From Squalus acanthias (lineage: Eukaryota), in contig CM059432.1 in NCBI GenBank assembly GCA_030390025.1, positions 59,832,001 through 59,896,000 of the forward strand: 64,000 nucleotides of DNA, in the 5' to 3' direction. The notes below the pieces were generated by a model. The model did no database searches. It worked only from the letters and a program-made list of their open reading frames with translations, and was not told where the DNA came from. Every line of letters begins with the position of its first letter. Within the stretch, counting starts at the first letter, position 1. The position numbers were made by a program, and so were the translations under genes. Shown one piece after another: positions 37,404-49,726 of the stretch.

Positions 37404-38460
37404 TGTTAGAAATTAGGGGTACCTAAAATGTATATGGTTATGCGAATGAAATGTATAAGTTGTGTTTTACTGGAACTGCTTATGTTTAGTTTTCCTGGAA
37501 ACTTGTATTAGAGCTTGAGATAAAGTGTCTTCAGACTAGTATTAGATTAGATGGATAGATACTTAAAATTTGCCCATGTTTTCAGTTCCCTGCGGATGTG
37601 ATAACATTCTGCACCGTGGCAGTCACATAGGATCTTGCCTCCCAGGCTAGCTGTCTTTTGTTCATAAGTTAGAATTTTGACTTTGTTTAATGTATCTTTA
37701 ATTTGGCCAACAAAGGCCCAACCTATGTTTCTTCCGTTATTGCTAATAACCATATTATAATGCTAAGTTAGGAATTGGAGTTTGTTTAACAGAACTGCTT
37801 GCGAAGATGTGTAGAAGTTAATTAGTATAAGGACATAGAATAGAAGGAATTTATGGGAGCTAATGTATCATCTCAGGATGGAATAGTCTGTTAGATTAAG
37901 GGGAAATAGTTTGGATAGCAGCTGGTTGAGTAGACAGCTCTAGCATGGGCTCTGATTAAACAGCCCAAGGTTGTGCCTGGTGCACACACTGACTGCACCA
38001 GGGAGGACAAGGGCAGACGAGATAAAAGGAGTTCAAATGGATTGACTTTCAAGATGTTAAACAAGAAAGACGTGAGGAAAAGCATAAGACCCCTTGAGGA
38101 AGGGTATTCATCTGTAAGTTTAGACAAAGAACTCGACATGCCATTGGGCACCTTGTTTCAAGGGGACCCTCTATAGGTGAAATGGTCTTGTCAATATTCT
38201 GCCCCAGGTCCACCCCTAAAAAGAGAATAAAAGACCTGAAAAGCACCTAGCACAGCTGGTGGAGTGAGAGAGAAAGAGAGAGAGAGAAGAGCTGTTCGTG
38301 CACGGCAGCCATTCTGTCCGACTTAGACCGGTCGTATGTTTCTGTTGTATAACTAGTGTGTTATATCCATCTTAAACTCCGATTAAACACAACATACCCA
38401 CCATATTGGTTGCAGTCGACCCTGATTATTTGAAAGACCAGAGATAAGTTAATCTCTACA
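37404..38460 (+). repeat. 3' LTR (about 1.06 kb)
   Basis: TGTTAGAAATT...AATCTCTACA termini; AATAAA near 38226 and ATTAAA near 38382; sharp switch to Harbinger sequence at 38461. Confidence 0.75.
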
Positions 38461-39597
38461 ACCCATCCCTCTCTATCTACATTATCACACCCCATCTCAC
38501 TAGCCACCCCTCAAACTCACCCTCATCCTAGTCCAATCATACCAACTAACAACACACAAGGGTAGGCACTTGGGTGTTTTATGCAATATTCATGTAAAGT
38601 TTCTGTTAATGTGGTGTCAAACATTGAAACCTTTATTTTCAACACTTTGTGTTCTTGGACAGATTTGTGTGCACCTTTGGAAGTGGCTTAGTGAGTTGCA
38701 GTGAATGGTGAGACATAATGGTACCCTCCCCCCACACAATGGTGATGAGTGTGAAAGGAATGGCTTGGGCATTGTAGGGATGCTTTATGGTGTTGGTGTG
38801 GGGTGGTGGCAACCTGGCACATCATGTGGCAGCCAGGGTGTACAGTGTCAAGTGAAGTAAACCTGACCATGTTGAGGCCATCCCTGGCCTCCCGGGCAGC
38901 AATGTGCTCGGGTGTTGATGCCCTCTGTCCTGTACAGCATCAGTTGATTGCGGAGAAGGGTGGTATTGTTGTTGGTGCTGCTGGTGTGCCTGGTGCTGCT
39001 GGTGTTGGGGCGAACGTGGTGGGATTCTGAGTACAAAGGTGAAAGAGTTTCAAGGGCACCCATGCTGATGGAATAGATGGCAGGTGAAGAACAAAAGACA
39101 GAAGCGATCTGTCAATGGTGGGAGAGGAAATGAGGTCAGACTGGATGGAGACTTGTGTAAAGATTTGCAGCATTCTGAATCAGTAGTGGAAATGCTGTTT
39201 AGAGAAGCTAGTGGTTAAGGGAATATTTCTCAATCAGCTGGGAGCTTTAACTTGACATTTGAAGCTGTCAACTCATCAGCTGATTCAATGGCCACTGACC
39301 TCCCGCCTCAGCTTCACAGATGAAGTCTAGGCACAGTGGGAAACCAGTGGGGGACCTGTCAAATTCAAAAAACTGGGAAAAAACCATTGTTAAGTGGCTG
39401 TAAACAAGCCACTAATGATTTGAATTGCCTCCCTCGCCGCTGCGTGTTGTGTCTGCTCAGTGCTGACAGACCAGACATTTGGTAAAGGCGCGTGATGGCG
39501 GGTTCACAGCGGGATCCCGACCCATTGGGGAAAAAAACACTTTCCCACCCGACCCGCCACCAATCGCTCCCACAGACCCCCCCACAAAATCCAGCCC
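38461..39597. mobile_element. Right half of the Harbinger derivative that hosts the provirus
   Basis: 38461-38800 closely matches 27788-28130; ends AAAATCCAGCCC. Confidence 0.8.
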
Positions 39598-41482
39598 ATA
39601 ATTTAATTATTACGTCCTACCTCACTGCCAAATATATATTTGGGATAAGCGGCCTTCTTTTGCAACATTGGTTATTATTTCATTACATCTCCTAATGACT
39701 GAGATCCTGCACTGTACCACCTGATCAATTTAGGTATGGTACACAAATCCTGTGTTAATAATGCATTTGCCCAAACACACCCTTATGACAGAGAGGCATC
39801 ACAGTTGAAACCAAGGATCCGGGCTTTAGTTGGAACTGAACTGTCTAATCTAAATTAATTGGAGCAACCCCAAATTTAAAAGTTCTTTAAGTCTCTCTAC
39901 TCCATGTTCAAATTTATTGATGAAATAGGACATAACTGCCTTTGCTCTGCACCTGGCCAACTGGGGGTTGGCTTGTACATCATATTTATCTGGAGCTGTG
40001 CAGGGCAGGGAGCAGAGGTATCCTGGTCTCTGATTTCCTCTGCTTCCCTGTAACAGTTCTGCTTAGTATCTTACAGTAGCTGTGATTGGGAATTCATCTC
40101 ACAGCCAATATCCTATGTCTCACAGCGGTGCTTATACTGGGGCAGCATGTTTGCAAACTAACACTCTACTCCTTTGGACTGCGATAATCTTGTACTTTTT
40201 AGTCATTAAAAAAAAATCTTGATTGTAAGGTCTCTAAACCTATTGGGGCAAACAATATGAAAATATCAACTAATCATTTTTAAATGTAACATGCTTGCTG
40301 GGTTTTACTGCCTCAATTACACACCTCTATCACAGCAAGAATACAGTTGTGAGAATGCTACATTTGCAACAGTGCTTCAAAAAGGAATGAAGTGCTACTG
40401 TGCCCCCATTTACTGGGGCCATCGTCAGCTGAAGAAGAGCAGAAAAAAGACTTTGTGAATATGAGAACAAATAATTGAAAATGGTGAAGGACAAAAACAC
40501 TAAGTTCTTGACCAGTAGACTACTCTGCAAAGTAACTGTGCTGATGCATACAGATTCACAATCAGTACCCGAGTGAATTGGTCACTAAGGAAGAGGCACT
40601 GAAGTACCAGTGCCATCTTTATCCCATTAAACAATACTACAGATACATAAGGAGAGCACCCACACTGTGATCCAACAAGCTCCGGCTATTATGAGCCGTT
40701 AATGGAAACAGTCAAATGCAGATCACTGGAGGAGGTTGTTGTTCCAATAACAGATGAGGACACCTATGTTAAAGTGGGTCTCCACTGTCATCGGCGGGTC
40801 AGAGCTTGGGTCAATCATACTTATGACTGACAGTGTGAGATCTGAGTGTTGGCAGTCAATTGCTCTCTAACAATACACACAACATATACATAATACACAT
40901 ATACATAAGGAAATATAGGCCCCGATTTTAATTTTGCGACGCGCTGGAAGTGGGTCCGATAACGCGTGAGAAACCCGGAAGTGCAGCGCATCTGTCAGTG
41001 GCTTTTTAACTCAGCCACTTCATTCCGTGTTTCCCATCCAATCAGCGGCAGCGGGAGTGATGTGGACCTGCATGACGCGATCTCAACTACAGTATTTAAA
41101 GGGACACTCCAACCATGCAATTTGAAGGAGTTTGGAGTTGGGAAGAAAAGAGAAGCAAGTGGCAGAATGGAGTCCAGACGGGTAAAACTGGCCCTCGTTT
41201 CAGTGACACCTCCCTGGCTGTGCTGCTGGGGGCTGTGAGGAGTCGGAGAGAGATACTGTTCCCTGCCAATGGGAGGAAGAAGCCTGCAGCAGAGACCAAG
41301 AAGACATGGTTGGAGGTAACGGAGGAGATCAGCAGCGGGAGCGTGGTGCCACACTCCTGGATTCAGTGCAGAATGTGCTTTAATGACCTAAGCAGGTCAG
41401 GAAAGCTGAGTACAGTGGCGCATTCTGCTGTGCGCATCACCCCACCCCCTCACTCTGCCTTGTCAAGCCTGCTCCAGTACAT

Positions 41483-42763
41483 AGAAACATAGAAGATAGG
41501 AGCAGGAGTAGGCCATTCGGCCCCTCTAGCCTGCTCCACCATTCAATGCGATCATGGCTGATCATCCAAATTCAGAACCCTGTCCCTGCTTTCTCCCCAT
41601 ATCCCTTGATCCCTTTAGCCTTAAGAAATATATCCAACTCCTTCTTGAATATATTTAATGAATTGGCCTCTACTGCCTTCTGTGGTAGAGAATTCCACAG
41701 GTTCACCACTCTCTGGGTGAAGAAATTCCTCCTCATTTCTGTCCTAAATGGCTTACCCCTTATCCTTAGACTGTGACCCCTGGTTCTGGACTCCCCGACC
41801 ATCGGGAACATCCTTCCTGCATCTAGTCTGTCCAGTCCTTTCAGAATTTTATAAGTTTCAATGAGATCCCCTCTCATTCTTCTAAACTCCAGCGAGTATA
41901 AGCCCAATCGACCCAATCTCTCCTCATACGTCATTCCTGCCATCCCAGGTATCAGCCTGGTGAATCTTCGCTGAACTCCTTCCATGGCAAGAACGTCCTT
42001 CCTCAGATAAGGCGACCAAAACTGCACACAATACTCAAGATGTGGTCTCACCAAGGCCCTGTACAACTGCAGCAAGACATCCTTGTTCCTGTACTCAAAC
42101 CCTCTCGCTACGAAGGCCAACATACCATTTGACTTCTTAACCTCCTGCTGCACCTGCATGCTTACCTTCAGCGACTGGTGCACAAGGACACCCAGGTCTC
42201 GTTGCACTTCACCTTCTCCCAATCTATTGCCATTCAGATAATAATCTGCCTTCCTGTTTTTGACACCAAAGTGGATAACCTCACATTTATCCACGTTATA
42301 TTGCATCTGCCATGCTTCTGCCCAATCACCCAACCTGTCCAAATCATCCTGGAGTTTCTCGGCATCCTCCTCACAGCACACACGCCCACCCAGCTTTGTG
42401 TCATCTGCAAACTTGGAGATATTACATCTAGTTCCCTTGTCTAGATCATTAGTATATATTGTGAATAGCTGGGGTCCAAGGACCGATCCCTGCGGTACCC
42501 CACTAGTCACTGCCTGCCACTCGGAAAAAGACCCGTTTATTCCAACTCTTTGCTTCCTGTCTGCCAACCAGTTCTCTATCCAAGTCAATACCTTGCCCCC
42601 AATCCCATGTGCCTTAACTTTACACACTAATCTCTTATGCGGGACCTTATCGAAAGCCTTTTGAAAGTCCAAATACACCACATCCACTGGTTCTCCCTTA
42701 TCTATTTTACCAGTTACATCCTCAAAAAATTCCAGTAGATTAGTCAAGCACGATTTACCTTTT
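41483..42763 (-). mobile_element. CR1 LINE, 5'-truncated, young (391-codon open RT)
   Basis: Uninterrupted RT ORF 41572-42747; GTACAT duplicated at 41477-41482 and 42764-42769; same subfamily as 29347-32193. Confidence 0.95.
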
Positions 42764-42844
42764 GTACATCACTCCTCACACAGGTGCAACCATGCTTCTC
42801 TTTCTATGCACTTCCTCACATCCCTATCTATCCACTCGTGCAAC

Positions 42845-44379
42845 CTAAATGAGTCTTGCATTAATAGAGGCATCCCTGGCATCCCGGGCAGCAATATGAG
42901 CAGCTGGGAGTGCATTGCCCTCATCACCCTCCTCCTCTTCTTCTTCCTCCTCCCCCTCCAAATTGTTCAAGGAGGATCTGCGTTCTTCGCCTTGTTCCTC
43001 CTGCAGGTCCAAGCCTTGCTGTTGCGCAGTGTTGTGCAGTTCACAGCAAACCACAGCCATTCTGAAAACCCTGGCTGGTGCGTACCTGAAGCGCATCTTC
43101 AGCATGTCAATAGCCTGTTCGATCACACATCTGGTGGTGGTGTGGCATTCATTGTAGCGCTGTTGGGGTTCAGTGGTCAGGTTTCTGACGAGTGTCATGA
43201 GCCAAGTTTGCAGTGGGTATCCCTTGTCACCTAGCAGCCACCCCATAAGTCTGCTTCTAGGTGTAAAGAGATCAGGGAGCTTGGACTGCCGCAAGGCGAA
43301 AGTATCATGGCAGCTGCCCGGGAATCTTGTGCACACCTGCATGAAGATCTTTTGTGGTTGCACAGTAGGTGCACATTGATGGAGTGGAAGCCCTTGCGGT
43401 TGACGAATACTCCTGGTTGTTCTGGGCTTGCCTGGATTGACATGTGTGTGCAGTCGATGGCGCCCTGCACCTGTGGGAACCAAGCCAGAGCTGCAAAGCC
43501 GAGCGCCTGCTCATTCTGACTGGCATCATCAGTGGCAAAGTTGACATAATTGCCGGCCCTGGCAAACAACCCATCAGTCACCTGTCTTATGCATTTGTGT
43601 GCAGCCAACTGGGAGGTCCTGCATATGTCTGCGGCAGAGCCCTGGAAGGCTCCGGAGACAAAAAAGTTGAGGGCGGTGGTGACTTTGACAGCCACTGGTA
43701 GTGCATGGCCACCAGGTCCAGTTGGCAGCTGGTCTTCTTCTAGGAGGCTGCAGATGTCTGACACCACCTGACGTGACATCCTGAGCCTCCTGATACACTG
43801 GTGTTCAGATATGCCAAGGAAACTGATCTTCTGCCTGTAGACCCTGTTTCGTGGGTAGTGCCTCCTGCGAACTGCACCCATCTGCTGGTCCCCTCTCTGC
43901 TGGTCCCCTCTCTGCTGGTCATCTCTCTGCTGGTCCTCTCTCTGCTGGTCCCCTCTCTGCTGGTCCCCTCTCTGCTGGTTCCCTCTCTGCTGGTCATCTC
44001 TCTGCTGGTTCCCTCTCTGCTGGTCATCTCTCTGCTGGTCATCTCTCTGCTGGTCCCCTTTCTGTTGGTCCCCTCTCTGCTGGTCCCCTCTCTGCTGGTC
44101 ATTTCTCTGCTGATCCTCTCTCTGCTGATCCTCTCTCTGCTGGTCCCCTCTTTGCTGGTTCTCTCTCTGCTGGTCCCCTCTCTGCTGGTCCTCTCTCTGC
44201 TGGTCCTCTCTCTGCTGGTCCCCTCTTTGCTGGTCCCCTCTCTGCTGGTCGTCTCTCTGCTGATCCTCTCTCTGCTGTGCAGTTACAGGTCTGTGAGCAG
44301 CAGGCTGCTGCGAATGCTGTTGCTGGTCATCTTGGTCGTCATCTGAGGTCCAATCTAAGGCAGCATAGGCGGCACCCAT
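42845..44379 (-). pseudogene. Harbinger (HARBI1-like) transposase with a frameshift near 43350
   Basis: DDE motifs QGAIDCTH, LLGDKGYP and VIEQAIDMLKMRF; FPGSCHD. Confidence 0.9.
43881..44275. repeat. 15-bp coding minisatellite (about 26 units)
   Basis: Unit CTCTCTGCTGGTCCC and variants; encodes QQR[G/E/D]D in the transposase frame. Confidence 0.95.
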
Positions 44380-45837
44380 CCTGATGTGATAGAGCAAACC
44401 TCTAAATTGAGCAAAGTAACCTTTAAGCAAAAGTACTGTGAACAAACCCTTTCTCACTAGCAGGTAAGAAAGCAGCTGTGAGTACTGAATATTTATTGGC
44501 ATCTTTGCTTGAAATTGCTTCAGTCCCTTAATTGCCGCTGTTTACTCGGCTTGGTTTCACTGGTGAGTTTCAGGAAGCCCGGGAAATCCGTGGACTCGAT
44601 GTTAAAGTGAAAACAGTGTGTCCCGAGGGGATTGCACATAGGCAGCCTAACACGCTCGAGCCAAATGAGGAAGTCGGTGACTTCCCGATGAGCTGTCAAT
44701 TTCACCGGTTTTAACCGCACCCCCCCCCCCCCCACCCCGCCCTCCGCCCCCCACACCCAAACCACGGGATCTCCCACATTAAAATTCAGCCTAGACAAGT
44801 AATCTACAGGCTATGGAGTTAGTCAAAATTAATAACCGTCAGGTGGGAAAGTCAAAAATATTTACCCATAAGCAAGTGCACCTTTATTGCAAAGAAGATT
44901 TAATAACCTCCTGTCATTGTTGTACAATAAACTCAGTCCCATGGAGTTTAATCAGTCGGGTTTATCACCCAGCATAGGTCTCCTGTGTAAGAGTGTAAAT
45001 GGTTATATGGAACACTATCCAATCCATTTAAAGTTAGAAATTATTTTTGGTGATGTGATTGTACAAACACTTAACACATTCCTATCAAATTTCTCTCTCC
45101 ACTATTTTAAAAGAGCTATTAACCCAATATTTATAACGGGTTAGTGTTTTGTTAAAATAATGGAGAGAGGAATGTCGTGAAAGTGTGGTAAGCATTTCCG
45201 TAATAACATTACCAGTGGTAATCTTTAACTTCCTGAGACAAAGATCTATATCATGATTACCTGACTACAAATATTATTCTTTATCTACTGTTATTTAAAA
45301 CATTTCTTTTTACATGAAATGGTATCACACAGACAGCACTAAATAGATGATTAAGTTGTACTTGAACACGCAGAGTGGTGGTGAAATTCCCTCTCTTAGG
45401 GGTGGCATTTAAGGCCAGTTTCTGCTGAAAAATGGTGGCTGCCTCGCTTCTGGCCACTTCTGGCACGGGCCGCGGTGGTTGCCATTTTGGCCAGGAGTGC
45501 GGCTGTTGCCTGTGTTCGGCAGAAGATCAACGTGATTTGATGCACAACCTGCTATTTTGGATGTCGCCGCTCGACTGCACGGCCTCTCCAAAGCACACAC
45601 AGCTAAATATGTGTTCAGCTGCATGAAGGACCCCCCACCAGCGATATTTAAAGGGATCATCAACAACTTTCAGGTAACTTGCTTTTTGATTTCTATTGGC
45701 TCTGTGTATGTTTGTGGAAGTGTTTGGAGCTTTCTAGTGTTATTTAAAGTTGGTGATGTGACAGGGAGTGATGCTGCAAGTGGAGAAAGCCTTGCTTCTG
45801 AATTCAAGGATTCTGCCCAGACCACTTGCTCCCAGTC

Positions 45838-46845
45838 ATGGGGGCTCTACTTGCAGTCCCCCTCGCGCTTGAATATGACAGGGAGATGGAGCAGTGGCAG
45901 CAAAGAGGAAAAGCTGTTCGCAGAGGGAGGAGGAGGAGGGGCAGGAGGGCTCTCAGCAGGAGGCCTTACCCAACTAGGGGCTTCCGAGAGCACTTCTCCT
46001 ACCTGCAGTTAAGCCAGGAGCAGTATATTCTGAGGCTCCGCCTCAGAGTTCTGTAACCAACGAGGTAGTTATAGAACTCTGCCACCTCTTGGAACCAGAC
46101 CTGCAGCCTCAGAGCAGGGTGACGACAGCACTGCCAGTGGCCCTCAAGGTGACCATGGCCCTTTTCGCCAGTGGATCCTGCCAGTCTGGAGCAGGTGACA
46201 TAGCTAACATCTCCCAGTTCACCATCTATCGCTGCATCTGGGAGATCACATAGTCTCTGTAATCCAGGAGAAGGGACTTCATTGTCTTCTCTCTGAATAG
46301 AGAGAAGCAGAAGGAGCGTGCATGTGGCTTTGCCAGGATATCAGGCTTCCCCATGGTGCAGGACGCCACGTGTTTTTTCAGATGCTGCATATCAATCTTG
46401 AGTTGTACCGCAACCGCAAAGGCTACCACTCTCTTAATGTGCAGTTGGTGTGCGACCACGCTCAGCACATCATGATGGTGAATGCCTGGTATCCTGGTAG
46501 CAGTCATGATGCTTTCATCCTGCACCAGTCTGGTGTGCCAGCAATCTTGCAGGCACCAAGTCAAACCCGAGGGTGACTGCTCAGAGACAAGGGCTATCCG
46601 CTCTGCACCTGGCTGAAGACTCCCCTCTGCAACCCCACCACCCACGCCCAGCACTCATATAATGACAGCTGCATTGAGGAACTTCCTCAAGCAGACCATC
46701 GGGGTGCTGAAGCAACGGCTCCACTGCCTTGACCTCCAAACGGGTGTCCCATTTCGTGGTGGTCTGCTGCATCCTCCACAACTTGGCCATTGTGAGGGCG
46801 CAGCCCTTGCCCCCACGGCTTCCGTGATCACCTAAGGTGGAGGAG

Positions 46846-46916
<71 letters not shown>

Positions 46917-46962
46917 GGAAGAGGAGGAAGAGGAGGAGGAAGATGAGGAAGAGGAAAAGGAA

Positions 46963-46994
<32 letters not shown>

Positions 46995-47131
46995 GGAGGA
47001 GGAGGAAGAAGAGGAGGAAGAAGATGAGGAAGAGGAAGAGGAAGAGGAGGGAGGAGGAGGAAGAGGAGGAAGAGGAGGAGGAGGAAGAAGAGGAGGAAGA
47101 GGAGGAGGAAGATGAGGAAGAGGAAGAGGAA

Positions 47132-47163
<32 letters not shown>

Positions 47164-47191
47164 GGAGGAAGATGAGGAAGAGGAAGAGGAA

Positions 47192-47230
<39 letters not shown>

Positions 47231-47251
47231 GAGGAGGAAGAAGAGGAGGAG

Positions 47252-47299
<48 letters not shown>

Positions 47300-47311
47300 G
47301 AGGAGGAAGAA

Positions 47312-47343
<32 letters not shown>

Positions 47344-47344
47344 G

Positions 47345-47406
<62 letters not shown>

Positions 47407-47622
47407 GGAAGAAGAGGAGGAGGAGGAGGAAGAGGAGGATGAGGAAGAGGAGGAGGAGGAAAAGGAGGAGGAGGAAGAGGAGGAGTGGGAAGAGGAGGAG
47501 GAGGAAGGGAGGAGGAAGAGAAGGAGGAAGAGGAGGAGGAGGAGGAAGGGAGGAGCCAGGCAGCGAATTCCCATTCCGGATGGGATGTCCGTGAGCGCCT
47601 CATGAGACTCCGATTCCAATGA
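45838..47622 (+). pseudogene. Harbinger transposase, disrupted, with expanded poly-Glu tail
   Basis: RRPYPTRGFREHFSYL, ALPVALKVT, NRKGYHSLNVQLVCD, YPGSSHDAFIL, DKGYP, CCILHNL. Confidence 0.88.
46838..47547. repeat. (GAG/GAA)n polypurine triplet array, about 710 bp
   Basis: Almost purine-only + strand. Confidence 0.97.
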
Positions 47623-47782
47623 ATGAAACCCTTCCTCAACACTTCCCCACCTTACCATCCCTCTGCCACGGAACATCACAGCGTCCTCTTGGGCACAAAG
47701 CTAAAATGAGAGCCACCACAAAACAAACATTCCAAACATAATTTATAAATGATTCAATCCAATACTACATAACTAAGTCCAC

Positions 47783-49726
47783 TAATCACCCTTGTGCATT
47801 CCCTTAGTGTCTGTCTTTGCAGTGCTACCCCAATGGCTGCAGCATAGCTGGTGGAAGGCTGCTGACTTTCCGTGGGGGACACTGCAGATGGTCTTGGAGG
47901 ACGACCTCGACCAGCTCTGGGCCTAGAAGGCCCGGCTGTACACTGCACCACCTTGGCATGGGCGGCAGCAGTCTGGGCTGGCTGGCTGACAGATAGCAGC
48001 AAGGGCACTGGCAGAGTGGCAGTGGTGGGAGGACGAATACTGTCATCCTGAGAAAGGACAGCATGTTCTTACTCCACGGAGCCACTGACACTCCCCTGGG
48101 GCGGCGCCTCAGTATTCCTAGCCATCTGTTGGAGGACAGATTGTGGACTGCTGTGAGACCCTGCAAGCCCCTTTCCACACTTGTAAACCCAGCCACGATG
48201 GCAGCAGTCAGAGCTTGTGTGGCAGCAAACTGAGCTTGCATGAGAGCAGTCTGAGCTTGCATGACAGCAGTCTGAGCTTGCATGAGAGCAGTCTGAGCTT
48301 GCATGAGAGCAGTCTGAGCTTCCACTGCAGCACTCAGAGGTTGGGTCACTTTCACCTGTGCTGCAATGGAAGCTGCGACATCGTCCATCACACCCAGCAT
48401 CATGATTGGGTCCACAAGTGCTCTGACAGAGTTGCCCATCATTTCCATCCTGGCACCAAGCTCCGTGCAAAGCCCCATGCAATGTTGGAGCCAAACTCCT
48501 CCATGCTCCTTGACAGTGACAAGAGGCGCTCTGGCAGGCCTGGCATTGCATCAAGCATTTCTGTGTGCATGTCATCACCCTTCTTCTGAGGCTGCCCCAT
48601 CGAAGTCCTCATCTGGGTCCTGTGCAGCAAACCTCGTGTGCGAACTCGCCCTCCAGGGAGCTGGCACCTGAGCTACCCTTTCGCCCCGGCCTGGCTGCAG
48701 CCCACTCGTGCCCGGTGACTCACTACATGCAGATCCCACCCCTATACTACCCTCTAAAGTATGCGCAGTGCCAGTTTCTGAGCTGGTGCCTGGGAGTGCC
48801 AGATCGAGTGACGGTGCTTCTTCTTCTCCATCACTCTCCTCCTCTAGTTGGTCGGGGACAGGCTGGGCTGCTGGCAGTTCTTGGGTATTTGAAAGGAGAA
48901 AGGCACAAGGATCGGGTTGCAGTGAGGGGAGGGTGGGAAAGCAAGATGTGCATGCTTACACCATCAGCAGCTTGTAAGTGAGAAGAGATTGTGTGAAGAG
49001 AGGGAAGTGGGATGTGAGATAAAGGATTAGGCATGGGCATACCATCATCATCAATGATTTCAACCTCGCCGCTCGCCATGGCCTCAGTGACGGCCCCTCC
49101 AATTATCTCCAGCACCGTCTCCTCTAGCGCAGTAAGATTGTGCAGATGTGCTTCACCCCCCGCCTGTCAGCTGCTGCTCATGACAGTTGTGCGCCACCTT
49201 GGCCTGCTCGGGAAAGGGAAGTGTGACAGTGAGTGTGATGCAATGTGTTTGGGTGATGTGCCTGTCATGGTTGAAAAGCTGGCAGTGTGTGCAAGGTGTG
49301 AGATGTGGGTGTGAGGCTTGCAGCAGTGGTAAGTGTGTGAGGGTGAGGTGAAACTATGATTGTGAAGTAGGAGTCGTGATTGCTAGAGATTGTTGGTAGG
49401 TGAGTGCTGGGGCTGTGGTGCATTGAGCAGTGTGTGAGGCTCGTGGTGCAGTTGGTGGAATATGGTATTTGAAGATGCATTCACTCACCTTGACCACTCC
49501 TGTGAGGTCATTAAACTTCTTGCGGCACTGGATCAACGTCCTGGAGGCAACACTGGTGGCACTGATAACTTGGGCTATCTCCTCCCACTGCCTTCTGATG
49601 TTCTGTCTCAAAGGCCTCCTGCCCCCTGCAGGTAGAGAACCTGTCTTCTTCTGTATACCCCTGGACCAAGGCCTCCAGTGCTGCATCTGAGAAGTGAGGT
49701 GGCCTTTCTCTTCCCTGTTGCGACAT
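47783..49726 (-). pseudogene. Harbinger Myb/SANT gene, three exons (about 49489-49726, 49043-49205, 47783-48888)
   Basis: RPPHFSDAALEALV...WEEIAQVI...IQCRKKFNDL; AAG|GTGAGT donor at 49489; coiled-coil exon. Confidence 0.78.
48231..48320. repeat. 21-bp tandem repeat (about 4 units) encoding AQTALMQ
   Basis: TGAGCTTGCATGAGAGCAGTC units. Confidence 0.9.

Larger units (their letters stand above)
26744..38460 (+). mobile_element. Endogenous env-bearing LTR retroelement, lokiretrovirus-like; 5' LTR and PBS deleted; three nested insertions
   Basis: Ordered gag-PR-RT-tether-RNaseH-IN-env-PPT-LTR motifs on the + strand. Confidence 0.85.
40918..44792. mobile_element. Harbinger transposon (copy C), Myb gene internally deleted, CR1 nested
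   Basis: TIRs GGCCCCGATTTTAA / TTAAAATTCAGCCT; Myb exon 1 at about 41167-41405 (PRFSDTSLAVLL...SWIQCRMCFNDL). Confidence 0.85.

Noticed and set aside
42845..44379. Host HARBI1 gene
   Set aside because: Frameshifted, enclosed by TIRs and present as several diverged copies, so it is a transposon.
43740..44384. Repetitive ORFs (TSREG, PLSAG, SLLVP) and a CRISPR-like appearance
   Set aside because: Other frames of the 15-bp minisatellite; no unique spacers, and the context is eukaryotic.
46581..47679. Long poly-Pro, poly-Ser and poly-Arg ORFs
   Set aside because: Alternative frames of the GAG/GAA array.
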